Shown here in pieces: positions 9,128 to 16,797 of a stretch of 32,000 nucleotides of DNA. Both the position numbers and the translations under genes were made by a program. The notes below the pieces were generated by a model. It had not been told where the DNA came from. It was given only the letters and a program-made list of their open reading frames with translations, and searched no databases. Position 1 is the stretch's first letter. Every line of letters begins with the position of its first letter. Source of the DNA: Halomicrobium mukohataei DSM 12286. Its GTDB lineage: Archaea; Halobacteriota; Halobacteria; Halobacteriales; Haloarculaceae. The DNA is taken from contig NC_013202.1 of the NCBI RefSeq assembly GCF_000023965.1, positions 1,170,001-1,202,000 of the forward strand, written 5' to 3'.

Positions 9128-9808
9128 ATGAGCCTGAGTGAGCGGTTGCGGCGCAGTTTCGTCGCCGGCCTGATCCTCCTCGCGCCGCTGGTCGTGACCG
9201 TCTACGTAATACGGACACTCGCCAACTGGACGCTCCAGCTCGTGGAACCGATCGTCGCCAGTACGCGACTGGCGAGCTACACCGGCGACGACCAGCTGCT
9301 GGCCCAGTTCGTCGCGATCGGTGCCGTCCTCGTCGCAGTGGTCGTGCTCGGCTCGCTCGCACAGCGCAACGCCGGTCGACAGCTGTTCGGCAACGTGGGG
9401 CGGATCGTCAACGTCGTGCCGCTCGTGAACACGATCTACACCAGCGTCCGACAGGTCGCCAACTCGCTCGTCGACCGCGACGAGGCCTACGAGAGCGTCG
9501 TCCTCGTGGAGTACCCCCGCGACGGGATCTACTCGATCGGTCTCGTCACCGGCGACAGCCCGGTCGACGTAGACGCCTTCGGCGGGGAATCGGTGTACAA
9601 CGTCTACTTCCCGAACAGCCCGAATCCCACCGGCGGGCGTCTCGCGCTCGTCCCCGAGAGCGATCTCCACGAGACGGACATGAGCGTCAAGGCCGGGCTG
9701 CGCCTGCTCGTGACGACCGGCGTCACCGAAGACGGCGAGCCGAAGTCGGTTCCGGCCGTGTCAGGCGAGACAGTTGCGACCCGCGACGAGACCCCAGACC
9801 ATCGGTAG
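9128..9808 (+). CDS. DUF502 family membrane protein
   Basis: 226 aa. N-terminal TM pair (FVAGLILLAPLVVTVYV...) and a conserved core (YPRDGIYSIGLVTG...FPNSPNPTGG) typical of DUF502. Confidence 0.78.
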   Translation: MSLSERLRRSFVAGLILLAPLVVTVYVIRTLANWTLQLVEPIVASTRLASYTGDDQLLAQFVAIGAVLVAVVVLGSLAQRNAGRQLFGNVGRIVNVVPLVNTIYTSVRQVANSLVDRDEAYESVVLVEYPRDGIYSIGLVTGDSPVDVDAFGGESVYNVYFPNSPNPTGGRLALVPESDLHETDMSVKAGLRLLVTTGVTEDGEPKSVPAVSGETVATRDETPDHR

Positions 9809-9882
9809 CGGCGGTTCGCCAGCCGACACACCAGTCTTTCTGGACAGACTGTCGAACAGATGCCCGATCGGCACCGGCCGAA

Positions 9883-10698
9883 CTACGTCCTCGCACCCTC
9901 GCCACGCAATCGATGACCGAACACCGCGAGCACCGTCCCCAGAGCGAATCCGACGGCAATCGGTCCCGCCCAGGACAGCACCACGGGTACCGTCCAGCGC
10001 CAGATGACTGGCCCGAGCAGTGCGAACAGGACGGCGAGGGTGCCTCCCCGAACGATCACCGTCCGGGGCATCGCGAGGCGACTGCCCCCGAGCACGCCCA
10101 TACCGTACGCGAGGACCGCGCCCACGCCACAGGCCAGACAGAAGCGAACGACGTGGAGGAGCCACTGAAACGGGTGCAGCGGCGGCAGGTCGCCACGGAC
10201 GACCGCCCGAACGACGGCGGCGTCGAGGAGCCACGACGTGAGCGGCCAGTACGCGACCGCGACCGCTCCCGCGAACGCGACGACACCACCAGTGAGAAAC
10301 GAGGCGAATCGGCGGCGTCGCCGCCACGGGCCCGGGAGCGTCGCACGCTGCCACCACTCGAAAGCGAGACGTACCGTCCCGACACAGAGGCCGAGGACCC
10401 CGGCGACCAACAACTTCGAGATCAGCACGTCGAACGGCGTGACCGTACCGAGAGTGACAACGGTCGCTTCCGGAAGCCGTCCGGCGAGCGGATCATCGAC
10501 GAGTGCCGGCCAGACGAACCGGTGGAAGACGACGAGGGAAACGCCAGTCGTGACCAGGCCCTCACGGAACGCGCGCCGGACCACGCCTGGATAGTGCAAC
10601 GGAGTCGTGAGCAACCGAAAGAGGGCGTCGAGGCGGCCGCAGAGGGAGTGGTCGCTACCGCGACGAGGACACATACCCGTCAGTTGCCCCGAACACAC
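9883..10698 (-). CDS. Multi-pass membrane protein, function unknown
   Basis: About 6 hydrophobic segments. No confident family assignment. Start codon uncertain. Confidence 0.5.
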   Translation of the reverse strand: MCSGQLTGMCPRRGSDHSLCGRLDALFRLLTTPLHYPGVVRRAFREGLVTTGVSLVVFHRFVWPALVDDPLAGRLPEATVVTLGTVTPFDVLISKLLVAGVLGLCVGTVRLAFEWWQRATLPGPWRRRRRFASFLTGGVVAFAGAVAVAYWPLTSWLLDAAVVRAVVRGDLPPLHPFQWLLHVVRFCLACGVGAVLAYGMGVLGGSRLAMPRTVIVRGGTLAVLFALLGPVIWRWTVPVVLSWAGPIAVGFALGTVLAVFGHRLRGEGART

Positions 10699-10780
10699 CC
10701 ATCAATTTTCTGTTGTGTCCGGTCGTGACGACGACCAGGAATTCGATGCCGACTAGTAGCGTCGGCGGCTTGCTCCGGGT

Positions 10781-11101
10781 ATGACCGCGTTCGATCCCGA
10801 AAAGTTCGAGGACAAGTACGAACACTACTTCACAGAGCTACAGAAGGCCTACAAGCAGGCCTTCGAGGTGATGAACGACCGCTACGACTCGGAGCTGATC
10901 CACGCCATCGACCAGCAGATCCTCAACGAGTCCGAACCGGTCTACGAAGGTGACGGCGAGTTCGGGATCGACCTCCCGGAGGACCCGACCGAACGCCTGA
11001 CCGCGATCGTCGTCGACGACGAGAAGCTGGAGACCGTCCTGGAGCGCTACGTCGAGGAACTGGAGTCCCAGCATCGGACGATCTTCGGATTCGAGGAGTA
11101 G
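10781..11101 (+). CDS. Conserved acidic hypothetical protein (106 aa)
   Basis: MTAFDPEKFEDKYEHYFTELQKAYKQAFEVMNDRYDSELIHAIDQQILNE.... Strongly acidic with clean codon usage. I recall similar proteins across haloarchaea but cannot name the family with certainty. Confidence 0.68.
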   Translation: MTAFDPEKFEDKYEHYFTELQKAYKQAFEVMNDRYDSELIHAIDQQILNESEPVYEGDGEFGIDLPEDPTERLTAIVVDDEKLETVLERYVEELESQHRTIFGFEE

Positions 11102-11172
11102 CGAGACGCCGACCGAAGTGCGGTCTCGAAAACGCGAGCGGAGGGCGACCCGCGGGAGAGCGGGCGGTGACA

Positions 11173-11389
11173 CTCCCGCTCGCCGCTTCCGAGGGCCGTG
11201 ACTCACTCCGTTCGTCACGCCCCTCGCTGCTCACGTGTCGTTCACTTCATTCGCTCCCGCTCGCCGCTTTCGAGGGCCGTGACTCACTCCGTTCGTCACG
11301 CCCCTCGCTGCTCACGTGTCGTTCACTTCATTCGCTCCCGCTCGCCGCTTTCGAGGGCCGTGACTCACTCCGTTCGTCACGCCCCTCGC
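11173..11389. repeat. 81-bp tandem repeat, about 2.7 copies, carrying the element core hairpin (minus orientation)
   Basis: GTGACTCACTCCGTTCGTCAC recurs at 11198, 11279 and 11360 (period 81). The copies differ at one position (c/t in cgccgctt[c/t]cgaggg). The array ends 45 nt before the RFC start codon. Confidence 0.95.
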
Positions 11390-11434
11390 GCGCATCCGGA
11401 AAATCCATACCCGTCGCTGGCCAACGACGATTCG

Positions 11435-12457
11435 ATGGACGCACCCCTGTGGACCGAGAAACACGCCCCATCGCTCGCAGATATCCCCCAGCCACAGGCT
11501 CGCGAGCACCTCCAGGGCGCGATCGAGGAGCCGATGAACCTCCTCGTTCACGGACCGATCGGGGCGGGCAAGACCGCGGCCGTGCGGGCGCTGGCCGAGG
11601 AGACCCACGAGAACCCCGACGCCGACCTCGTCGAGATCAACGTCGCCGACGTGTTCGATCTGAGCAAGAAGGAAGTCGCCAACGACCCCCGGTTCTCGTC
11701 GTTTATCGACTCGAAGCGCCGACGTGACTCCTCGAAGGCGGACCTGATCAACCACGTCCTCAAGGAGTCGGCGAGCTACACGCCGATGTCGGGCTCGTAC
11801 AAGACGATCCTGCTGGACAACGCCGAAGGGATGCGAGAGGACTTCCAGCAGGCGCTGCGTCGCGTGATGGAGCAGTACTACGAGGCGACGCAGTTCGTGA
11901 TCGCGACGCGCCAGCCCTCCCAGCTCATTCCGCCGATCCGCTCGCGGTGTTTCCCGATCGTGATGCGTGCGCCGACCCACGAGGAGACCGTCGGCGCGCT
12001 CGAACGAGTCGCCGAGAGGGAGGGGGTCGACTACGACGCGGACGGCCTGGAGTACGTCGCGGGCTACGCCGACGGCGACCTCCGCCAGGCGGTGCTGGCC
12101 GCCCAGACAACCGACGAACAGGCGGGCGAGATCACGATGAACACCGCCTACGAGGCTCTCAACGCCGTCGAGGCCGACGACCAGGTCGAGTCGATGATCG
12201 CGGCCGCCGAGGCCGGCGAGTTCACCGACGCGCGTGCGACCCTCGACGATCTGCTCGTCGACGAGGGCCACAGCGGCGGAGACGTGCTCGAAGACGTACT
12301 CGCGGTCGTTCGGGCTCGCTACTCGGGCGATCGCGTCGCCGAGATCCATCGGATCGCCGGCCGGATCGACGCCGACCTCGTCGAGGGGACAAGCGACCGG
12401 ATCCACGTCTCACATCTGCTGGCCGAGATCGGCGAACTCGCCCGGACGGGAGAGTGA
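11435..12457 (+). CDS. rfcC: Replication factor C small subunit (divergent RfcC-like paralog)
   Basis: Start at MDAPLWTEKHAP (the RFC N-terminal LWxEKxxP motif). Walker A GPIGAGKT, LLDNAEGM in place of the DEAD box, and an SRC motif (IRSRCF). The symbol is tentative. Confidence 0.82.
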   Translation: MDAPLWTEKHAPSLADIPQPQAREHLQGAIEEPMNLLVHGPIGAGKTAAVRALAEETHENPDADLVEINVADVFDLSKKEVANDPRFSSFIDSKRRRDSSKADLINHVLKESASYTPMSGSYKTILLDNAEGMREDFQQALRRVMEQYYEATQFVIATRQPSQLIPPIRSRCFPIVMRAPTHEETVGALERVAEREGVDYDADGLEYVAGYADGDLRQAVLAAQTTDEQAGEITMNTAYEALNAVEADDQVESMIAAAEAGEFTDARATLDDLLVDEGHSGGDVLEDVLAVVRARYSGDRVAEIHRIAGRIDADLVEGTSDRIHVSHLLAEIGELARTGE

Positions 12458-12461
12458 TCGC

Positions 12462-12647
12462 ATGACCTACTGGGAGAACGTCCTGACGGTCGCCCTCGGA
12501 GCGACCCTCGCGTTCGGCGTGGTCGATCTGAGCGGTCGATTCCTCGCGGTCCCGCTGTTCGCCGGCAGTGCTCTCCTCGCGTGGGGCTTGTTTGGCGGGA
12601 TCGAGGAGGCAGTCAGGCGGGGTCGCGCCGACGAGTCCGAGGACTGA
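12462..12647 (+). CDS. Small membrane protein (61 aa)
   Basis: MTYWENVLTVALGATLAFGVVDLSGRFLAVPLFAGSALLAWGLFGG... has two TM helices and an acidic tail. It starts 5 nt after the RFC stop. Confidence 0.45.
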   Translation: MTYWENVLTVALGATLAFGVVDLSGRFLAVPLFAGSALLAWGLFGGIEEAVRRGRADESED

Positions 12648-12748
12648 TCGGGACCGCGCGGTCGAGACTACTCGACGCTGCCAGGCATGAGCGATATTCA
12701 ACATTTCCAGCAATACTTTTCAATTGAGTATCAGTAGTACCAGCCGGA

Positions 12749-13201
12749 ATGAGTCAGGTTTCCACCGCGGCGGGATCCGTACAGATCTGCATGCGACGCT
12801 TCGCACCGGACGCGGCCCAGCAACGGCAACGAGACGTCCTCGAACGGGTGGAGAAACTGGCCGAGGAGGGCCTCGTCGAGGAGGTGACCCACGAGTGGTG
12901 GAGCACGCGCGTCTGTACGCCGGGGACAGACGACAGCGAGGGCTCTTCCTGTCCGATGATCGTCGAGGAACTGCTCGACGCCGCCGATGGAACGTCGATC
13001 TCGTTGCAGCCGGCCTTCCGTCGCGCGACGGGCCACGAGACCGCGGACTCGGACGTGCTCTACCTCCCGGTGATCTGCCTGGTCGTGCGCGAGGACGGCG
13101 AAGTCGCGGGGATCTATCCGGCCTGTGACGGCCAGACCCACCACCGCGTCGAGGACGCACTCGACCGGATCGAGTCCGGCGAAGGCGTCTCGAACCTCTA
13201 G
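12749..13201 (+). CDS. Conserved hypothetical protein (150 aa)
   Basis: Acidic, Cys-containing (VCTPG, SSCPM, VICLVV, PACDG). Preceded by an AT-rich promoter-like spacer. The start could instead be the internal MRRFAP at 12791. Confidence 0.58.
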   Translation: MSQVSTAAGSVQICMRRFAPDAAQQRQRDVLERVEKLAEEGLVEEVTHEWWSTRVCTPGTDDSEGSSCPMIVEELLDAADGTSISLQPAFRRATGHETADSDVLYLPVICLVVREDGEVAGIYPACDGQTHHRVEDALDRIESGEGVSNL

Positions 13202-13286
13202 ATAGCGGGCCACGGCGGAGGCCGGTATCGGCCACCCGTGGCTCGACATGGGAAGCTTCCTTAGGATCGAAGCAGTAGCTACGGTC

Positions 13287-15305
13287 ATGAAACGAGAGCC
13301 GCCACAGACCGAAGAGGGCTGGTACGTGTTGCACGACCTGCGCCACGTCGACTGGGACGCCTGGCGGGCGGCCCCCGAACGGGACCGCGACCGAGCGTTG
13401 ACCGACGGGATCGACTATCTGGAGTACTTCGAGGCCGTCGAGGACAGTTCGGAGGGGCAGTCGGCGGTCTACACCGTGCTGGGCGACAAGGCCGATCTCA
13501 TGATCTTGCACCTGCGGCCGACGATGGCCGACCTGGACGCCGCCGAGCGGCAGTTCGAGCAGACCGAGTTCGCCCGCTACACCGAGCAGGCCACCTCCTA
13601 CGTCTCCGTGACGGAGGCCTCGGGCTACACCGAGAAGGCCCGCGAGTACTTCGACGGCGAGGTCGACGACGACTCCGGGCTGGCACAGTACATCCAGGCC
13701 CGTCTACACCCCGACATCCCCGACGAGGAGTTCGTCTGCTTCTACCCGATGAGCAAGCGTCGCGAGCCGGACCAGAACTGGTACGACCTGCCCTTCGCCG
13801 AGCGGGCCGAACACATCAAGCGCCACGGTGACATCGGCCGTCAGTACGGCGGCAAGGTCGAGCAGATGATCGCCGGCTCGATCGGCTTCGACGACCACGA
13901 GTGGGGGATCACGCTCTGGAGCGACGACATGACCCACGTCAAGGACCTGCTGACTCAGATGCGCTTCGATCCCTCGACCTCGAAGTTCGCCGACTTCGGG
14001 CGCTTCTACGTCGGTCGCCGATTCGCGCCGTCGGACCTGCCGGCGATGATGAACGGCCAGCGCGTCCCGTCCGCGGGCGCGAACGCATCGGGAGCGACGA
14101 CCGACGGACGCGCCCAGCCCACCGACGGAGACCATCCCGGTACCCGCGAGACCGCGACGGCCGGCCAGTCCGGCGACGCGGGCAGTCACGGCGGCGTCCA
14201 TCCGGGCAGTTCCGCCGAGGGCGACCACCCCCACGACGGCGGCGACGTGGCCAGCCGAGACGGGGAAGCCGACGAGGCGAGCGAGAGCGGCGACGGCCAC
14301 CCCGATGGCGGCGGCCGTCCAGACCCCGGTGACGCGTCCTACGAGGAGACCGACGACCTCGCACAGCGCCTCGCCACGATGGGGCTGTCCGAGGGCGAGG
14401 ACTACGACGCTGGCGACTACGGACTGCTGTTCTACTCGGAGAGCGACGCCGAGGCACTGGCCGACGAAGTCGCGGATCTCCGGGAGAGCTTCGACCACTA
14501 CGACCGCCACGTCGCGACGACCGTGCGCGCCCAGAGCGGCCGGGCGGCCGTCGTGAGCATCTGGACCGCACAGGAAGCCGCCGAGACCGCCGCCGGGTTC
14601 CTGGGCGACGTGTCCGGGGTCAGCGACACCTACGGGGGCCGCCTCGGCGAGGGAGCCGCCGACGAGCCCGAGCCGACGACGGCGAACTCCAGCGAGGAGA
14701 TCCAGCAGCAACTTGCCGATGCAAACGTCTACGCCGGACAGCCGAACGGAGAGGACGTGTTCGCGCTGGTGCTGTACTCCGAGGCCGACCCCGAGACGCT
14801 GTCTACCGAAGTGACCGAGCTCACGGAGAGTTTCGATCACTACGACACACACGAGGGCACTGCGGTCTACGAGGCCGGCGAGCCCCTCGACGCCGCGACG
14901 GCGGACGCCGACCAGCCCCGAGCGGCCGTCGTCAGCCTCTGGGAGACCCAGAGCGCCGCCGACACGGCGAGTGGCTTCCTCACCGACCTCCCGGGGATCG
15001 TCGGCCGCCCCGACGAGGGCGACGGTTTCGGCACGATGGGGATGTTCTACACCGTCGAGCCGGACCACCGCGAGGAGTTCGTCGAGACCTTCGACGAGGT
15101 CGGCGAGCTACTCGACGAGATGGACGGCCACCGAGAGACGACGCTGCTGGCGAACCGCGACGACGTGAACGACATGTTCATCGCGAGCCAGTGGGACAGC
15201 AAGGAAGACGCGATGGCGTTCTTCCGGTCGGACGAGTTCGCCGAGACCGTCCAGTGGGGCCGAACAGTGCTCGCAGACCGTCCTCGGCACGTCTTCCTCG
15301 CCTGA
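13287..15305 (+). CDS. Chlorite dismutase-like (HemQ/Cld family) domain fused to a C-terminal ABM monooxygenase-like domain (PitA-like), with a long acidic insertion
   Basis: The N-terminal about 250 aa are Cld-like (WYVLHDLRHVDW...FYPMSKRR...RHGDIGRQYGG...). The C-terminal about 95 aa form an ABM fold (GMFYTVEPDHREEFVETFDEV...FIASQWDSKEDAMAFFRSDEF). About 300 aa of D/E/G/H-rich linker plus two internal repeats lie between them. An alternative start exists at 13248. Confidence 0.8.
   Translation: MKREPPQTEEGWYVLHDLRHVDWDAWRAAPERDRDRALTDGIDYLEYFEAVEDSSEGQSAVYTVLGDKADLMILHLRPTMADLDAAERQFEQTEFARYTEQATSYVSVTEASGYTEKAREYFDGEVDDDSGLAQYIQARLHPDIPDEEFVCFYPMSKRREPDQNWYDLPFAERAEHIKRHGDIGRQYGGKVEQMIAGSIGFDDHEWGITLWSDDMTHVKDLLTQMRFDPSTSKFADFGRFYVGRRFAPSDLPAMMNGQRVPSAGANASGATTDGRAQPTDGDHPGTRETATAGQSGDAGSHGGVHPGSSAEGDHPHDGGDVASRDGEADEASESGDGHPDGGGRPDPGDASYEETDDLAQRLATMGLSEGEDYDAGDYGLLFYSESDAEALADEVADLRESFDHYDRHVATTVRAQSGRAAVVSIWTAQEAAETAAGFLGDVSGVSDTYGGRLGEGAADEPEPTTANSSEEIQQQLADANVYAGQPNGEDVFALVLYSEADPETLSTEVTELTESFDHYDTHEGTAVYEAGEPLDAATADADQPRAAVVSLWETQSAADTASGFLTDLPGIVGRPDEGDGFGTMGMFYTVEPDHREEFVETFDEVGELLDEMDGHRETTLLANRDDVNDMFIASQWDSKEDAMAFFRSDEFAETVQWGRTVLADRPRHVFLA
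15255..15305. repeat. Diverged direct repeat copy A: last 16 codons plus stop of the pitA-like gene
   Basis: Encodes WGRTVLADRPRHVFLA*. Pairs with 15465..15515. Confidence 0.85.
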
Positions 15306-15464
15306 GAACGGCCACGAGTGACGCGAGTGGCCGCTTTTTCGCCACCGGGAGAGCAAGCTCTCCCGAGCCCACACTCGCTTTGCTCGCGTGGACCGCGTTT
15401 TTGCGCGAGGGTTCCCGCAACGAACGGAGTGAGTGAAGAAACCCGACGCGGAAAAAGGAGGAGT
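15306..15464 (+). repeat. Structured intergenic repeat element, copy 2 (plus orientation)
   Basis: Blocks in order:
- Hairpin at 15310-15332 (ggccac..gtggcc) followed by T5 at 15335-15339.
- TTTTTCGCCAC.
- Palindrome at 15346-15365 (cgggagagc-aa-gctctcccg).
- Hairpin module at 15398-15456 (TTTTTGCGCGAGGGTT...CGAACGGAGTGAGTGA...AACCCGACGCGGAAAAA). Confidence 0.8.
15310..15339 (+). terminator. Possible transcription terminator (GC hairpin followed by T5)
   Basis: ggccac-N11-gtggcc, then gcTTTTT, beginning 5 nt after the stop codon. Oligo-T tracts are the known archaeal termination signal. Confidence 0.4.
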
Positions 15465-15515
15465 TGGGGGCGGACGGTGCTGACCGACCGTCCGCGCCAC
15501 GTCTTCCTAGCATAG
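15465..15515. repeat. Diverged direct repeat copy B: orphan 3' end encoding WGRTVLTDRPRHVFLA*
   Basis: 39/51 nt identical to copy A. The differences are almost all third-position synonymous, and an in-frame stop is retained (TAG versus TGA). Confidence 0.85.
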
Positions 15516-15593
15516 CGAGGGGGCACCACGGTCACTCTAACCGCGTTTTGAGCGACGGAACGTACTTTGTCGGTCGAGGCGGTGCGTGCGTGT

Positions 15594-16145
15594 ATGAACC
15601 GACGCGGCTTCCTCGCGGCACTGACCGGCGGCGGCCTCGCCGCGGCCAGTGGCTTCTCGACGCATCGACCGCGCCTGATCGATGGCGCGCGGCGCGGTCG
15701 GGGTGACCCCGTCTCGGTGACGCGGACGATCACCGACGAGTCGATCACGTACGACGCCGATCGAGGAACGGTCCGCTATCCGACGCTGGTCGGGAGCGAC
15801 GGGCCGATCGAACACGAGTCGGAACCGTTCGTGCTGTGGGCGAACCGGCGCTGTGCCAGCGTCGGCTCGGAGGTCGTGCTCCCGGCGATCGCGGATCGCG
15901 TCGACGGAGAACCGACCGGGATCGGGAAGGGAGTCAGCGGTACGTCCTTCGGGCTGGCGATCACCGTCTCGGCGACGACGACACGCGACCGCGATGGGAC
16001 CGTCGTCAGCGAACCGAGCGTCCCGCTGGAGCGACTCGTGGCAGTGACGCCAGCGAGCGTCTCCGCCACGATCCAGTTCGACGGGCGAGAACACACCCGC
16101 CACGTCCCGGTGTTCGTCGAGGAGAGCGAAGTGAGCTACCTGTAG
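15594..16145 (+). CDS. Tat-signal secreted protein, function unknown
   Basis: ATG at 15594 gives MNRRGFLAALTGGGLAAASG (twin-arginine signal). No family recognised for the mature part. Confidence 0.62.
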   Translation: MNRRGFLAALTGGGLAAASGFSTHRPRLIDGARRGRGDPVSVTRTITDESITYDADRGTVRYPTLVGSDGPIEHESEPFVLWANRRCASVGSEVVLPAIADRVDGEPTGIGKGVSGTSFGLAITVSATTTRDRDGTVVSEPSVPLERLVAVTPASVSATIQFDGREHTRHVPVFVEESEVSYL

Positions 16146-16168
16146 CGAGGCGAGCGAAAAGTCGGGTG

Positions 16169-16621
16169 CTACTGGGCGTCGTCGGGCACGTCGGCGTCGT
16201 CCTCTTCGGTTCTGGTCGTTTCCACGTCGAGTTCGCCGAAGTAGATGTCCGCGCCGTCCTGTGCGACCTTCTCGGCCAGCACGGCACATTTGACCCGCAT
16301 CGGGGAGATATCGACGCCGAGCATGTCGACGACGTCGTCGCGGTCCATCTCGTCGAGTTCCTCGATGGACATACCGTGGAGCTGTTCGGAGAGCATCGAG
16401 GCCGAAGCCTGGGAGATGGCACAGCCGTCGCCCCGGAACGCCACCCGTTCGATCGTCTCTTCGGCGTCGTCGAGGACGACGTCCATCTCGATGGTGTCGC
16501 CACACATCGGGTTCTCGCCGACGTGGGTGAACGTTGGCTCCTCGATCTCCCCGTAGTTGCGAGGACTCTTGTAGTGATCGAGGATCTGCTGTCGGTACAT
16601 ATCGGAGCCGCCAAGACCCAT
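16169..16621 (-). CDS. sufU: SUF-system NifU/IscU-like Fe-S scaffold (SufU type)
   Basis: QILDHYKSPRNYG...NPMCGD...GDGCAISQASASM...RVKCA carries the three conserved Cys of the SufU/IscU fold. An acidic C-terminal tail is present. The start could instead be the MYRQQ codon at 16600. Confidence 0.85.
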   Translation of the reverse strand: MGLGGSDMYRQQILDHYKSPRNYGEIEEPTFTHVGENPMCGDTIEMDVVLDDAEETIERVAFRGDGCAISQASASMLSEQLHGMSIEELDEMDRDDVVDMLGVDISPMRVKCAVLAEKVAQDGADIYFGELDVETTRTEEDDADVPDDAQ

Positions 16622-16797
16622 TGTTGGAGGCGAGTAGGGGAGTCCCGGGCAAAAGGGTTCCGGGGCCGCCACAGTCCCGAACCTCCCAGATCGTCCGGCG
16701 AAGCCGTCGGATCTGTCGACACGACGACAGACGTTCACGGACGATCACCGAAGAGTATAATTGCAACAGCGTTGTTAATAGTTCTCAAGGGACTTCG

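Noticed and set aside
9883-10698. Assignment of the 271-aa membrane protein as TatC-like.
   Set aside because: I could not find the TatC N-terminal or loop signatures by eye. It is left as an unassigned membrane protein.
11173-11389. CRISPR array interpretation of the 81-bp periodic repeats.
   Set aside because: The units are directly contiguous with no unique spacers. The period is too long, and no cas genes or leader are nearby.
11198-11434. GTG-initiated 79-aa N-terminal extension of the RFC gene encoded by the 81-bp repeats.
   Set aside because: The extension is strongly basic (R/S/H-rich), unlike the acidic proteome. The conserved RFC N-terminal motif begins at the ATG at 11435. The in-frame period (81 = 27 x 3) does not by itself demonstrate coding. 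Peptide evidence would be needed to reverse this.
15318-15515. 65-codon ORF ending in the orphan WGRTVLTDRPRHVFLA* peptide, as a real gene.
   Set aside because: Its N-terminal part is read through hairpin modules and is basic and low-complexity. It is kept only as one alternative explanation in the finding, not as a feature.
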